The notes below the pieces were generated by a model that was not told the DNA's origin, ran no database searches, and saw only the letters and a program-made list of their open reading frames with translations. Shown one piece after another: positions 15,216-25,561 of a DNA stretch of 34,628 nt. The stretch spans positions 1 to 34,628 of IMG/VR virus record IMGVR_UViG_2558860472_000005. One strand, written 5' to 3'. The position numbers and the translations under genes were made by a program. The stretch comes from a virus. Taxonomy: Duplodnaviria > Heunggongvirae > Uroviricota > Caudoviricetes. Every line of letters begins with the position of its first letter. Positions within the stretch are counted from its first letter, which is position 1.

Positions 15216-15623
15216 ATGAATGTTTTTTGTGAATATACTTATTTTAACCCTATAAATAATCAAGGTAATAAAGTGCCTCCTCGTATCCCGAAAGCCTGCC
15301 GTGCTCGAGGTTGCCGTAATACCACCACAGACCCGTCAGGCTACTGCGAAAGCCACAAAAGCGAAGGCTGGAAGCAATACAAGCCAGGCCAGTCCCGACA
15401 CCAGCGCGGTTATGGTTCGAAATGGGATGTTATCCGTGAACGTGTGCTCAAGCGTGACAAAGGCCTGTGTCAGTTGTGTTTGCGTGCCGGTGTGGTGCGT
15501 GAGGCGAAAACCGTTGACCACATCATCCCTAAAGCACATGGCGGCACTGATGCCGACAGTAATCTGCAGAGTCTGTGCTGGCCGTGTCATAAGGCGAAGA
15601 CGGCCCGTGAACGGTTGAAGTAA
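15216..15623 (+). CDS. HNH endonuclease (packaging-associated)
   Basis: The C-terminal motif CQLCLRAGVVREAKTVDHIIPKAHGGTDADSNLQSLCWPCHKAKT is a canonical HNH motif. It lies immediately upstream of the terminase genes, as in HK97-like cos phages. The true start may be the GTG at 15273 (AAGG upstream). Confidence 0.8.
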   Translation: MNVFCEYTYFNPINNQGNKVPPRIPKACRARGCRNTTTDPSGYCESHKSEGWKQYKPGQSRHQRGYGSKWDVIRERVLKRDKGLCQLCLRAGVVREAKTVDHIIPKAHGGTDADSNLQSLCWPCHKAKTARERLK

Positions 15624-15748
15624 GAACCAGTTCCCACTGCCAGAGGGGAGGGGCGGGTCAAATCCCTGTGACCTGACGTCTTCCGGACTGCCCGCCCCAT
15701 CGTTTTTTTATACCCGCGAAAAATGAAATTTAACCAGGAGTGCCGCAT

Positions 15749-16243
15749 ATGGCTGGAACGGCGGGGCGTTCCGGGCGTCGCCCCAAGCCAACGGCGCGCA
15801 AGGCGCTGGCCGGAAACCCCGGCAAGCGAGCCCTGAACAAAGATGAACCTGTTTTTACGCCCATCAAAGGTGTTGAGCCACCGGAGTGGTTCGCTGAAGA
15901 AGATCTCCCTCTCGCCACGATCATGTGGCAACTGACAACCAAAGAACTCTGCGGTCAGGGCCTGCTGTGCGTGACTGACTTGGCGGTACTTGAGCGGTGG
16001 TGCGTGGCCTACGAGTTCTGGCGACGTGCCGTGAAAAATATTGCCAGACAGGGCAACACCATCACCGGTGCAATGGGTGGCATGGTCAAAAATCCGGAGC
16101 TGACCGCCAAGAAAGAACAGGAGTCCGAGATGAGCAGCACGGGGGCAATGCTCGGACTCGACCCCAGCAGCCGCCAGCGTCTGATTGGCCTGGCGGGGCA
16201 GAAGAAAGCCACTAACCCGTTTCTGAAAATCATCGAATCATGA
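15749..16243 (+). CDS. Terminase small subunit (P27-family-like)
   Basis: AGGAG lies 9 nt upstream of the ATG at 15749. The protein is basic at the N-terminus and acidic at the C-terminus. Its stop overlaps the large terminase start (ATGA). Confidence 0.7.
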   Translation: MAGTAGRSGRRPKPTARKALAGNPGKRALNKDEPVFTPIKGVEPPEWFAEEDLPLATIMWQLTTKELCGQGLLCVTDLAVLERWCVAYEFWRRAVKNIARQGNTITGAMGGMVKNPELTAKKEQESEMSSTGAMLGLDPSSRQRLIGLAGQKKATNPFLKIIES

Positions 16244-17973
16244 GCCGGAAATCTTACCCCAACGTAAATGCTGCCAATCAGTATGCCCGTGATGTCGTGC
16301 GCGGAAAGATTGTGGCCTGCCAGTTTGTGATTCAGGCCTGCCAGCGCCATCTTGATGACCTGATGGCGGAAAAAAGTAAGTCGTTTCGTTACCGCTTCGA
16401 CAAGGACCTGGCTGAACGGGCCGCCAAATTTATTCAGCTGTTGCCGCACACCAAGGGTGAGTGGGCATTCAAGAGGATGCCCATCACGCTGGAGCCGTGG
16501 CAGCTCTTTGTGATCTGCTGTGCGTTTGGCTGGGTCAATAAAGGGTCCCGGCTGCGCCGCTTCCGGGAGGTGTATACCGAAATCCCCCGTAAGAACGGCA
16601 AATCGGCAATCTCTGCCGGTGTCGCCCTGTATTGTTTTGCCTGTGATAACGAGTTTGGCGCGGAAGTGTATTCCGGTGCCACGACAGAGAAACAGGCGTG
16701 GGAAGTCTTTCGTCCGGCGCGACTGATGTGTAAACGCACACCCATGCTTACGGAAGCGTTCGGGATTGAGGTTAACGCCTCAAACATGAATCGTCCGGAG
16801 GATGGCGCGCGGTTTGAACCGCTGATCGGTAACCCCGGTGATGGATCATCACCCCACTGTGCGGTGGTGGATGAATATCACGAGCACGCCACCGATGCGC
16901 TTTACACCACGATGCTTACCGGGATGGGGGCGCGACGTCAGCCACTGATGTGGGCCATTACTACTGCCGGGTACAACATTGAAGGGCCGTGCTACGACAA
17001 GCGGCGGGAAGTTATCGAGATGCTCAACGGCTCGGTACCCAACGATGAACTGTTCGGGATCATCTATACCGTTGACGAAGGTGACGAATGGACCGACCCG
17101 CAGGTGCTGGAAAAAGCCAATCCAAATATTGGGGTGTCGGTTTACCGTGAGTTTTTGTTAAGTCAGCAACAGCGTGCGAAAAATAACGCCCGTCTGGCAA
17201 ACGTCTTTAAAACAAAACACCTCAATATCTGGGTGTCGGCGCGTTCGGCGTATTTCAACCTGGTGAGCTGGCAGAGCTGCGAGGATAAATCACTTACCCT
17301 TGAGCAGTTCGAGGGGCAGCCGTGCATTCTGGCCTTTGACCTGGCGCGTAAGCTGGATATGAACAGCATGGCGCGACTTTATACCCGCGAGATTGACGGT
17401 AAAACGCATTACTACAGTGTGGCCCCGCGTTTCTGGGTACCGTATGACACGGTGTACAGCGTCGAGAAAAATGAAGATCGCCGGACCGCCGAACGCTTTC
17501 AGAAATGGGTGGAAATGGGCGTCCTGACCGTTACCGATGGTGCAGAGGTGGATTATCGCTACATCCTCGAAGAGGCCAAAGCGGCGAACAAAATCAGCCC
17601 GGTCAGCGAGTCACCCATCGACCCCTTCGGGGCGACCGGGCTCTCACATGACCTTGCTGATGAAGACCTGAATCCCGTCACTATCGTCCAGAACTTCACC
17701 AATATGTCCGATCCGATGAAAGAGCTGGAAGCAGCGATTGAATCGGGACGTTTTCATCATGACGGCAATCCCATCATGACCTGGTGTATCGGCAACGTGG
17801 TCGGCAAAAACATGCCGGGTAACGATGATGTGGTGAAACCCGTCAAAGAGCAGGCGGAAAACAAAATTGACGGTGCAGTTGCGCTGATTATGGCGGTTGG
17901 CAGAGCCATGCTGTACGAGAAAGAAGACACGCTGTCTGACCACATTGAGTCCTACGGGATCCGCTCGCTTTAA
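16240..17973 (+). CDS. Terminase large subunit (ATPase/nuclease)
   Basis: The 577-aa protein has an N-terminal ATPase region (Walker-like [18 protein letters not shown]) and a C-terminal nuclease region. It occupies the canonical position between TerS and portal. Confidence 0.9.
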   Translation: MSRKSYPNVNAANQYARDVVRGKIVACQFVIQACQRHLDDLMAEKSKSFRYRFDKDLAERAAKFIQLLPHTKGEWAFKRMPITLEPWQLFVICCAFGWVNKGSRLRRFREVYTEIPRKNGKSAISAGVALYCFACDNEFGAEVYSGATTEKQAWEVFRPARLMCKRTPMLTEAFGIEVNASNMNRPEDGARFEPLIGNPGDGSSPHCAVVDEYHEHATDALYTTMLTGMGARRQPLMWAITTAGYNIEGPCYDKRREVIEMLNGSVPNDELFGIIYTVDEGDEWTDPQVLEKANPNIGVSVYREFLLSQQQRAKNNARLANVFKTKHLNIWVSARSAYFNLVSWQSCEDKSLTLEQFEGQPCILAFDLARKLDMNSMARLYTREIDGKTHYYSVAPRFWVPYDTVYSVEKNEDRRTAERFQKWVEMGVLTVTDGAEVDYRYILEEAKAANKISPVSESPIDPFGATGLSHDLADEDLNPVTIVQNFTNMSDPMKELEAAIESGRFHHDGNPIMTWCIGNVVGKNMPGNDDVVKPVKEQAENKIDGAVALIMAVGRAMLYEKEDTLSDHIESYGIRSL

Positions 17974-17984
17974 CTGAGGTAATT

Positions 17985-18167
17985 ATGATCATGCTGATTC
18001 TCGCGCCTCTGGTGGGCGTGCTGGGTGCGCTTTTGCTGGCATATGGTGCCTGGCTGATTTATCCCCCGGCGGGTTTTGTTGTTGCCGGGGCGCTGTGCCT
18101 GTTCTGGTCGTGGCTGGTGGCGCGATATCTCGATCGTACACAGCTGTCTGTCGGCGGAGGTAAATAG
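17985..18167 (+). CDS. Small hydrophobic two-helix membrane protein (60 aa)
   Basis: GAGG SD upstream. Backbone-like GC content. Two hydrophobic segments. Function unknown. Confidence 0.35.
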   Translation: MIMLILAPLVGVLGALLLAYGAWLIYPPAGFVVAGALCLFWSWLVARYLDRTQLSVGGGK

Positions 18168-19408
18168 TGTTCTTTTCGGGATTATTTCAACGAAAAAGTG
18201 ACGCGCCGGTGACCACGCCAGCAGAGCTGGCGGATGCCATCGGGTTGTCATACGACACCTATACCGGAAAGCAGATCAGCAGCCAGCGGGCCATGCGACT
18301 GACGGCGGTTTTTTCCTGCGTCAGGGTGCTGGCAGAGTCGGTCGGGATGTTGCCCTGCAATCTGTATCACCTGAACGGCAGCCTGAAAGAGAGGGCCATC
18401 GGCGAACGTCTGCATAAGCTGATCTCCACGCATCCCAATGGCTATATGACGCCGCAGGAGTTCTGGGAGCTGGTGGTCACCTGTCTGTGCCTGCGGGGAA
18501 ACTTTTACGCCTACAAAGTGAAAGCATTTGGCGAAGTGGCTGAACTGCTGCCCGTCGATCCCGGCTGTGTGGTACCGAAGCTTAACAGTAGCTGGGAGCC
18601 GGTCTATCAGGTCACATTCCCGGATGGCTCCACGGATGTACTGAGCCAGGAGGATATCTGGCATGTGCGCACGCTGACGCTGGACGGACTGGTGGGGCTG
18701 AATCCCATCGCCTATGCCCGCGAGGCAATATCGCTGGCGGCAGCGACCGAAGAGCACGGGGCCAGACTGTTCAGCAATGGCGCGGTGACGTCGGGTGTGT
18801 TGCGTACAGAGCAGACGCTGTCAGATCAGGCTTATGAGCGCCTGAAGAAAGATTTTGAGGAGCGTCACACCGGGCTTGGCAATGCTCACCGCCCGATGAT
18901 CCTTGAGATGGGGCTGGATTGGAAGTCGATGGCGCTGAACGCCGAGGACAGCCAGTTCCTGGAAACCCGCAAGTTTCAGCTTGAAGAAATCTGTCGTCTG
19001 TTCCGGGTGCCGTTGCACATGGTGCAGAACACCGATCGCGCCACCTTCAACAATATCGAAGAGCTGGGGCTGGGATTTATCAACTATTCACTGGTGCCGT
19101 ATCTGACCCGCATCGAGCAGCGGATCAACACCGGACTGGTTCGAAAAAGTAAGCAGGGCGTTTATTACGCCAAATTTAACGCCGGGGCGTTACTGCGCGG
19201 GGATATGAAGTCCCGTTTTGAAGCCTACGCCACCGGGATCAACTGGGGAATTTACTCTCCCAATGACTGCCGCGACCTGGAAGATATGAATCCGCGTCCC
19301 GGTGGGGATGTCTATCTCACACCGATGAATATGACCACGAAACCCTCCGATGGCAGTAAAGCCGGTAAGCAGAAGGATAACGCCAATGCAGACGAAACAA
19401 CGTCTTGA
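18167..19408 (+). CDS. Portal protein (HK97 family)
   Basis: The 413-aa protein follows TerL. GGAGG lies 7 nt upstream of the GTG start. The conserved portal core (e.g. LRGNFYAYKV, WHVRTLTLDGLVGLNPIAYAREA) fits the HK97-type portal family. Confidence 0.85.
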   Translation: MFFSGLFQRKSDAPVTTPAELADAIGLSYDTYTGKQISSQRAMRLTAVFSCVRVLAESVGMLPCNLYHLNGSLKERAIGERLHKLISTHPNGYMTPQEFWELVVTCLCLRGNFYAYKVKAFGEVAELLPVDPGCVVPKLNSSWEPVYQVTFPDGSTDVLSQEDIWHVRTLTLDGLVGLNPIAYAREAISLAAATEEHGARLFSNGAVTSGVLRTEQTLSDQAYERLKKDFEERHTGLGNAHRPMILEMGLDWKSMALNAEDSQFLETRKFQLEEICRLFRVPLHMVQNTDRATFNNIEELGLGFINYSLVPYLTRIEQRINTGLVRKSKQGVYYAKFNAGALLRGDMKSRFEAYATGINWGIYSPNDCRDLEDMNPRPGGDVYLTPMNMTTKPSDGSKAGKQKDNANADETTS

Positions 19409-20036
19409 TGTACCGCTGAGTCTGAAATCTGTCAGTGACTCCGGTGAGTTTGAAGGGTATGGCTCCGTCTTTGGTGTAAAGGACAGCCACGATGATGTGG
19501 TGATGTCCGGGGCATTTGCTGCTTCCCTGCGGGCGTGGAGTGACAGAAAAGCGTTACCTGCGCTGCTCTGGCAGCACCGCATGGATGAACCCATCGGTGT
19601 TTACACCGAAATGAAGGAAGACGATGTCGGGCTTTACGTCAGGGGACGGTTGCTTATTGATGATGATCCCCTCGCAAAACGCGCACATGCACACATGAAG
19701 GCCGGTTCGTTAACCGGCCTTTCTATTGGGTACGTCCTGAAAGACTGGGAATACGACCGGAGCAAAGAAGCCTTTCTGCTGAAAGAAATCGACCTCTGGG
19801 AAGTCAGCCTGGTGACGTTCCCGTCTAACGACGAGGCGCGGATCAGCGACGTCAAGAACGCACTGGCCCGCGGGGAAATCCCCGAACAGAAAAAAATCGA
19901 AAGAGTCCTGCGTGATGTCGGACTCTCCCGTACCCAGGCCAAAGCATTCATGGCCGGGGGCTATGGCGCACTGTCCCTGCGCGACGCTGAGGATGTGGGC
20001 TCTGCACTGAATGCACTGAAAAATCTGAACTTCTAA
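19386..20036 (+). CDS. Prohead maturation protease (HK97 S78-family-like)
   Basis: Located between portal and major capsid. The start at ATG 19386 is preferred (AAGGA 7 nt upstream). The ORF track starts at an in-frame ATG at 19350, inside the portal gene. Confidence 0.75.
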   Translation: MQTKQRLDVPLSLKSVSDSGEFEGYGSVFGVKDSHDDVVMSGAFAASLRAWSDRKALPALLWQHRMDEPIGVYTEMKEDDVGLYVRGRLLIDDDPLAKRAHAHMKAGSLTGLSIGYVLKDWEYDRSKEAFLLKEIDLWEVSLVTFPSNDEARISDVKNALARGEIPEQKKIERVLRDVGLSRTQAKAFMAGGYGALSLRDAEDVGSALNALKNLNF

Positions 20037-20050
20037 TCAGGAGAAATACG

Positions 20051-21256
20051 ATGGCGGTTGATATTAAAGATGTCGAACAGGTCGCGCAGGAGCTGCAGCA
20101 GAAGTTTGACGACTTCAAAGCAAAGAACGACAAGCGCGTGGATGCGATTGAGCAGGAAAAAGGTAAACTTGCCGGGCAGGTGGAAACCCTGAACGGGAAA
20201 CTCAGCGAGCTGGAAAATCTCAAAAGCGACCTTGAAAAAGAGCTGCTTGAGCTGAAACGTCCGGCAGGTGGTGCGCAAAATAAACTGGCCACCGAGCATA
20301 AAGAAGCGTTTGTGGGCTTCCTGCGTAAAGGCCGTGAAGATGGTCTGCGCGATCTGGAGCGCAAGGCATTGCAGGTGGGCACCGATGAAGACGGTGGCTA
20401 TGCCGTGCCGGAAGCACTGGATCGCAACATTCTCACCCTGCTGAAAGATGAAGTGGTGATGCGCCAGGAAGCCACGGTGATCACTGTTGGCGGTTCCGAC
20501 TACAAAAAACTGGTGAATCTGGGCGGCACGGCTTCCGGATGGGTGGGCGAGACTGACGCGCGCTCCCAGACTGCCACCTCAAAACTGGGACTGATTGAAC
20601 CTTTCATGGGGGAAATCTACGGCAACCCGCAGGCCACCCAGAAAATGCTGGACGATGCCTTCTTCAACGTGGAGGCCTGGATCAACAGCGAGCTGGCAAC
20701 CGAATTTGCCGAACAGGAAGAAATTGCCTTTACCTCAGGCGATGGCACCAAGAAGCCGAAAGGGGTCCTGGCGTATGAATCCACTGATGAAACCGATAAG
20801 GTCCGGGCGTTCGGCAAACTTCAGCATATTGTATCCGGCGAAGCGACGGCGGTGACCGCAGACGCCATTATCAAACTGATTTACACGCTGCGTAAGGCAC
20901 ACCGCACTGGCGCGAAGTTCATGATGAACAACAACAGCCTGTTTGCCATCCGTCTGCTTAAAGACAGCGAGGGTAACTATCTGTGGCGTCCGGGGCTGGA
21001 ACTGGGGCAGCCGTCCTCTCTGGCGGGTTACGGTATCGCTGAAAACGAACAGATGCCGGATATCGCCGCTGATGCGAAAGCCATTGCATTTGGTAACTTC
21101 AAACGGGGTTACACCATCGTTGACCGTATCGGCACCCGCATTCTGCGTGACCCGTACACCAATAAACCGTTTGTCGGTTTTTATACCACCAAGCGCACCG
21201 GCGGGATGCTGGTCGATTCGCAGGCCATCAAACTGCTGAAGATTGCAGCGGCGTAA
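20051..21256 (+). CDS. Major capsid protein (HK97 fold) with an N-terminal coiled-coil delta/scaffold domain
   Basis: The 401-aa protein has about 100 aa of N-terminal coiled coil (EQVAQELQQKFDDFKAKNDKRVDAIEQEKGKLAGQVETLNGKLSELENLKSDLEKE), followed by an HK97-like capsid domain. Confidence 0.85.
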   Translation: MAVDIKDVEQVAQELQQKFDDFKAKNDKRVDAIEQEKGKLAGQVETLNGKLSELENLKSDLEKELLELKRPAGGAQNKLATEHKEAFVGFLRKGREDGLRDLERKALQVGTDEDGGYAVPEALDRNILTLLKDEVVMRQEATVITVGGSDYKKLVNLGGTASGWVGETDARSQTATSKLGLIEPFMGEIYGNPQATQKMLDDAFFNVEAWINSELATEFAEQEEIAFTSGDGTKKPKGVLAYESTDETDKVRAFGKLQHIVSGEATAVTADAIIKLIYTLRKAHRTGAKFMMNNNSLFAIRLLKDSEGNYLWRPGLELGQPSSLAGYGIAENEQMPDIAADAKAIAFGNFKRGYTIVDRIGTRILRDPYTNKPFVGFYTTKRTGGMLVDSQAIKLLKIAAA

Positions 21257-21305
21257 TCACTCAGGGGCGCGGAACCGCGCCCCCTGTTCTGACGGGTGAA
21301 GAATC

Positions 21306-21506
21306 ATGATCCTGAAACAAGATCTGAAATGGTCACCGGACGGTATGCGTGTTGAGGTCATTCGGGCCGGTGAGTATGACGACGGGGCGCTTCCTGCCCG
21401 GGTGCAGGAGATTGCACTTCAGGCCGGGTTAGCAGAGCGCGGAATCAGTGCAAAAAGCAGTAAAGCGGCAAAAGAGAAAAAAGCCACGACCAGTAAAGAG
21501 GGCTGA
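21306..21506 (+). CDS. Small head-associated hypothetical protein (66 aa)
   Basis: ORF with an SD, located directly after the capsid gene. Lys/Ala-rich tail. Confidence 0.4.
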   Translation: MILKQDLKWSPDGMRVEVIRAGEYDDGALPARVQEIALQAGLAERGISAKSSKAAKEKKATTSKEG

Positions 21507-21508
21507 GT

Positions 21509-21832
21509 ATGCTTCTGACAATGGAAGAGATTAAAGCCCAACTCCGGCTGGATGAGGATTTCGATGCTGATGACCGCCATCTGCAACTGCTGGCCTGTGC
21601 GGCACAAAAGCGGACGGAAACGTATCTGAACCGGAAGCTCTATGCACCGGATGAAACCATTCCGGACAGCGATCCGGACGGGCTGCACCTGCCGGATGAT
21701 ATTCGTCTGGGGATGCTGATGCTTATCAGCCATTTTTACGAAAACCGCTCGTCGGTTACGGAAGTGGAGAAACTCGACATGCCGCAGAGTTTTGGCTGGC
21801 TTGTCGGCCCGTACAGGTACTTTCCGCAATGA
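21509..21832 (+). CDS. Head-tail connector (gp6-like)
   Basis: Position and size of HK97 gp6-type head-tail connector proteins. Starts MLLTMEEIKAQLRLDED. Confidence 0.55.
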   Translation: MLLTMEEIKAQLRLDEDFDADDRHLQLLACAAQKRTETYLNRKLYAPDETIPDSDPDGLHLPDDIRLGMLMLISHFYENRSSVTEVEKLDMPQSFGWLVGPYRYFPQ

Positions 21833-22239
21833 AAATTCGTCAGGCGCAGACCAGCGCAACCTACATTCTGCCGGACCCCGGTGAACTGAATAAACGCGTC
21901 CTGATCCGCCTGCGGGTGGATATGCCCGCGGATAACTTTGGCGTGGAGCCTCAATACCCGGTTACGTTCCGGACATGGGCGAAGGTTATCCAGACCAGTG
22001 CCACCACCTGGCAGGAAACCGCGCAGACCGGGGACGCCATCACCCATTACATCACCATTCGTTACCGCCGGGGGATCACCGCTGATTATGAGGTGGTCTG
22101 CGGTGACAGTGTGTACCGGGTGAAACGTCAGCGCGATCTGAACGGGGCGCGGCGCTTTCTGCTGCTGGAGTGTACGGAGCTGGGCGAATGTAGGCAGAGT
22201 CACGGAGGCAACAATGACGACTTCCTTTTTGCACGTTGA
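21829..22239 (+). CDS. Head closure / head-tail adaptor protein
   Basis: Overlapping start. Position and size match the head-closure step. Confidence 0.5.
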   Translation: MKIRQAQTSATYILPDPGELNKRVLIRLRVDMPADNFGVEPQYPVTFRTWAKVIQTSATTWQETAQTGDAITHYITIRYRRGITADYEVVCGDSVYRVKRQRDLNGARRFLLLECTELGECRQSHGGNNDDFLFAR

Positions 22240-22720
22240 TTTTCAGCAGCCCGCGGAGATGCGCTTTAACCGCGCCCGTGTCCGGCGGGCGTTTGTCACG
22301 ATTGGTCAGCGTCATATGCGTGATGCCCGTCGGCTGGTGATGCGCCGTGCGCGGTCGGCACCGGGTGAAAACCCCGGTTATCAGACCGGACGCCTGGCTC
22401 GTTCAATTGGTTACATGGTACCCAGAGCCAGTAAACATCGCCCTGGTTTTATGGCACGTATAGCCCCTAACCAGCGTAATGGAGAGGGAAACCGCCGTAT
22501 CATCGGTGATTTTTATCCGGCTTTTTTGTTCTATGGCGTGAGGCGAGGGGCAAAGCGTCGTCGCAGCCATCATCGTGGTGCATCCGGTGGCAGCGGCTGG
22601 CGACTGGCTCCACGTAATAACTTCATGGTGGAAACGCTTGAAAAGAACCGCAGCTGGACACGCTATTTTCTGGCGCGGGAATTGCGTAAATCACTGAAGC
22701 CGGAGCGACGACACAGATGA
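22214..22720 (+). CDS. HK97 gp10-family virion morphogenesis protein
   Basis: The motif GENPGYQTGRLARSI is typical of the HK97 gp10-like family (from memory). Confidence 0.55.
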   Translation: MTTSFLHVDFQQPAEMRFNRARVRRAFVTIGQRHMRDARRLVMRRARSAPGENPGYQTGRLARSIGYMVPRASKHRPGFMARIAPNQRNGEGNRRIIGDFYPAFLFYGVRRGAKRRRSHHRGASGGSGWRLAPRNNFMVETLEKNRSWTRYFLARELRKSLKPERRHR

Positions 22721-23277
22721 AACTGACGCCTGTTATTGCTGCACTGCGTGCCCGCTGTCCGTATTTTGAAAACCGGGTTGCAGGCGCGGCCCAGTTCAAA
22801 AATCTGCCGGAGGTCGGAAAGCTGAAACTCCCGGCGGCATATGTTGTACCGGGTGATGATTCTCCGGGAGAAAACAAAAGCCAGACCGACTACTGGCAGG
22901 AGCTGAAAGAGGGTTTCTCCGTGGTTGTCATACTGAGTAACGGGCATGATGAGCGCGGTCAGTTTGCCTCGTATGATGTGGTGGACGATGTCCGGCAGAT
23001 GCTCTTTAAGGCTCTGCTGGGCTGGAACCCGGAGGCGTGCGGTAACCCGATTACCTATGACGGCGGCACGCTGCTGGATCTGAATCGTCATGAGCTGATT
23101 TATCAGTTCGATTTTTCGGTCATCAGCGAGCTGACCGAAGACGATACCCGCCAGCAGGATGATCTGAACAGTCTGGATGAACTGCAAACGCTGGCGATTG
23201 ATGTTGATTATCTCGAGCCCGGTAACGGGCCTGACGGCGATATCGAACATCACACCGAAATAACCCTTCCTTCCTGA
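22717..23277 (+). CDS. Tail completion / terminator-like protein (Mu-like tail module)
   Basis: ATGA overlap with the upstream gene. It lies between the head-completion genes and the sheath. Acidic C-terminus. Confidence 0.45.
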   Translation: MKLTPVIAALRARCPYFENRVAGAAQFKNLPEVGKLKLPAAYVVPGDDSPGENKSQTDYWQELKEGFSVVVILSNGHDERGQFASYDVVDDVRQMLFKALLGWNPEACGNPITYDGGTLLDLNRHELIYQFDFSVISELTEDDTRQQDDLNSLDELQTLAIDVDYLEPGNGPDGDIEHHTEITLPS

Positions 23278-23285
23278 GGATCCTC

Positions 23286-23456
23286 ATGTTTGTCAAACCT
23301 GTTAAAGGGCGGTCAGTTCCTGACCCTACCCGCGGCGACCTTTTGCCCGCCGAAGGGCGAAATGTTGACGAGAACAACTACTGGCTGCGCCGTGAAGCAG
23401 CGGGTGATATCCGGCGCGTGAATAAAAAGGTGAATACCGATGACGATAAGCTTTAA
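23286..23456 (+). CDS. Small protein preceding the tail sheath (DUF2635-like, 56 aa)
   Basis: MFVKPVKGRSVPDPTRGDLLPAEG... is below the 60-aa track cutoff. It overlaps the sheath start, as the small conserved ORF upstream of Mu-like sheath genes does. Confidence 0.4.
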   Translation: MFVKPVKGRSVPDPTRGDLLPAEGRNVDENNYWLRREAAGDIRRVNKKVNTDDDKL

Positions 23457-24936
23457 CACCATTCCGTCGAATACGCTGGTTCCGCTGTTTTATGCGGAAA
23501 TGGATAACCAGGCGGCGAATACTGCACAGGACAGCGGGGCATCGTTGCTGATTGGTCACGCCAATAACGGTGCAGAGATTGTTGCCAACAGTCTGGTGCT
23601 GATGCCGTCGGCAGACTATGCACGCCAGATTTGTGGTGCGGGAAGTCAGCTGGCGCGTATGGTTGAGGCTTATCGCCAGACCGACCCGTTTGGCGAGCTG
23701 TATGTGATTGCCGTTCCGGAAGCCACAGGCGCGGCGGCAACGGTTACGCTGACGGTGACCGGGGCGGCAACCGAAACCGGCACGGTGAATGTTTATGTGG
23801 GACGTACCCGCGTGCAGGCACCGGTGACCAACGGCGATAACGTCACGACGATTGCCAGCAGTATCCAGGATGCCATTAATGCCGTCCCGGCCCTGCCGTT
23901 TACGGCCTCATCTTCGGCAGGCGTGGTCACGCTGACCGCGCGTCATAAGGGGCTTTGCGGGAATGAAATTCCTGTCAGCCTCAATTACTACGGCTTTGGT
24001 GGGGGCGAAGTGCTGCCAGCGGGCGTACAGATTGCTGTGGCGACGGGGAGCGCCGGAACGGGCGCTCCGGTTCTCACCGGCGCGGTGGCTGCAATGGCGG
24101 ATGAGCCGTTTGATTATATTGGCCTGCCGTTCAACGACACGGCCTCCGTTAACACGCTGGTGACAGAGATGAACGATACCAGCGGTCGCTGGAGCTATGC
24201 GCGTCAGCTGTATGGTCATGTGTATACGGCAAAGATCGGCACGCTGTCAGAACTGGTGACCGCAGGTGACCAGTTTAACCAGCAGCACATTACCCTGGCG
24301 GGATACGAAAAAGAGACCCAGACGCCTGCCGACGAGCTGGCGGCAAGCCGTACCGCCCGCGCAGCGGTGTTTATTCGCAACGATCCGGCACGTCCCACGC
24401 AGACCGGTGAGCTGGTGGGTATGCTGCCTGCGCCGAAGGGGAAACGGTTCACGATGACCGAACAACAGACCCTGCTGTCTCATGGCGTGGCAACGGCGTA
24501 TGTCGAAAGCGGGGTGCTGCGCATTCAGCGTGATGTCACCACGTACAGGAAAAACGCTTACGGTGTTGCGGATAACAGCTACCTCGACAGCGAGACGCTG
24601 CATACCAGCGCGTATGTGCTGCGCAAACTGAAATCCGTCATTACCAGTAAGTACGGGCGTCACAAGCTTGCCAGCGACGGTACCCGCTTTGGTCCCGGTC
24701 AGGCGATTGTCACACCGGCGGTGATCAAAGGGGAACTGCTGGCAACCTACCGTCAGCTTGAGCGTGCGGGGATCGTGGAAAACTACGAACTGTTTAAGCA
24801 GTACCTGGTTGTGGAGCGTGATGCCAGCGATCCGAACCGCCTGAACACGCTGTTCCCGCCTGACTATGTTAACCAGTTGCGTGTCTTTGCCGTGGTTAAC
24901 CAGTTCCGTCTTCAGTATTCAGAGGAGTCTGCATAA
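23440..24936 (+). CDS. Contractile tail sheath protein (Mu gpL-like)
   Basis: The 498-aa protein has AAGGTG upstream and is followed directly by a roughly 118-aa tube protein. This is the typical myovirus sheath-tube pair. Confidence 0.8.
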   Translation: MTISFNTIPSNTLVPLFYAEMDNQAANTAQDSGASLLIGHANNGAEIVANSLVLMPSADYARQICGAGSQLARMVEAYRQTDPFGELYVIAVPEATGAAATVTLTVTGAATETGTVNVYVGRTRVQAPVTNGDNVTTIASSIQDAINAVPALPFTASSSAGVVTLTARHKGLCGNEIPVSLNYYGFGGGEVLPAGVQIAVATGSAGTGAPVLTGAVAAMADEPFDYIGLPFNDTASVNTLVTEMNDTSGRWSYARQLYGHVYTAKIGTLSELVTAGDQFNQQHITLAGYEKETQTPADELAASRTARAAVFIRNDPARPTQTGELVGMLPAPKGKRFTMTEQQTLLSHGVATAYVESGVLRIQRDVTTYRKNAYGVADNSYLDSETLHTSAYVLRKLKSVITSKYGRHKLASDGTRFGPGQAIVTPAVIKGELLATYRQLERAGIVENYELFKQYLVVERDASDPNRLNTLFPPDYVNQLRVFAVVNQFRLQYSEESA

Positions 24937-25292
24937 TGGCCCGTATCGGGGGAACCTGTTATTTCAAAATTGACGGTCAGCAGCTATCGCTGACCGGCGG
25001 CATTGAGGTGCCCATGAACAGGACGGTCAATGATGACATCATCGGCCTGGACGGTTCAGTGGACCGCAAGGAAACTCACCGTGCGCCTTATGTCAAAGGG
25101 ACCTTCAAGGTGCCGAAGAATTTTCCGGTGAGCAAAATCACCTCGTCTGATGAGATGACCATCACTGCCGAGCTGGCGAACGGTCAGGTCTATGTATTGT
25201 CGTCCGCCTGGCTGCACGGCGAAGCGAACCATAATGCCGAAGAAGGCACGGTTGATCTTGAGTTCCACGGTGAAGAAGGGGATTACCAGTAA
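24936..25292 (+). CDS. Tail tube protein
   Basis: The 118-aa protein is start-coupled (ATAATG) to the sheath gene. Confidence 0.7.
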   Translation: MARIGGTCYFKIDGQQLSLTGGIEVPMNRTVNDDIIGLDGSVDRKETHRAPYVKGTFKVPKNFPVSKITSSDEMTITAELANGQVYVLSSAWLHGEANHNAEEGTVDLEFHGEEGDYQ

Positions 25293-25561
25293 TGAAAGAG
25301 CTTGAGTTAAAGAAACCGATTATCGCTCATGGTGAGACACTCTCCGTACTGGAGTTTGATGAACCCACCGGGAAGGATGTCCGCGAGCTGGGGTATCCCT
25401 ACCAGATGAATCAGGATGAGTCCGTCAGACTTCTGGCGCATGTGGTGTCGAAATACATTGTGCGGCTGGCGAAAGTGCCGCAAAGCTCTGTCGACCAGAT
25501 GTCTCCGGCAGACCTGAATGCAGCGGCGTGGCTTGTGGCTGGTTTTTTCCTCCAGGCCTGA
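25292..25561 (+). CDS. Tail assembly chaperone (G-like), zero-frame product
   Basis: The 89-aa acidic protein lies immediately upstream of the tape measure gene. It contains a canonical slippery heptamer near its 3-prime end. Confidence 0.6.
   Translation: MKELELKKPIIAHGETLSVLEFDEPTGKDVRELGYPYQMNQDESVRLLAHVVSKYIVRLAKVPQSSVDQMSPADLNAAAWLVAGFFLQA

Noticed and set aside
15301-15618. Alternate-frame ORF across the HNH gene
   Set aside because: The HNH frame carries the canonical motif. The alternative frame has no features and no start context.
19948-20855. Antisense and alternate-frame ORFs within the capsid gene (19948-20382 minus, 20595-20855 plus and others)
   Set aside because: Ser/Arg/Pro-rich low-complexity translations of a GC-rich gene on the wrong strand or frame. 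They lie fully inside a well-supported CDS.
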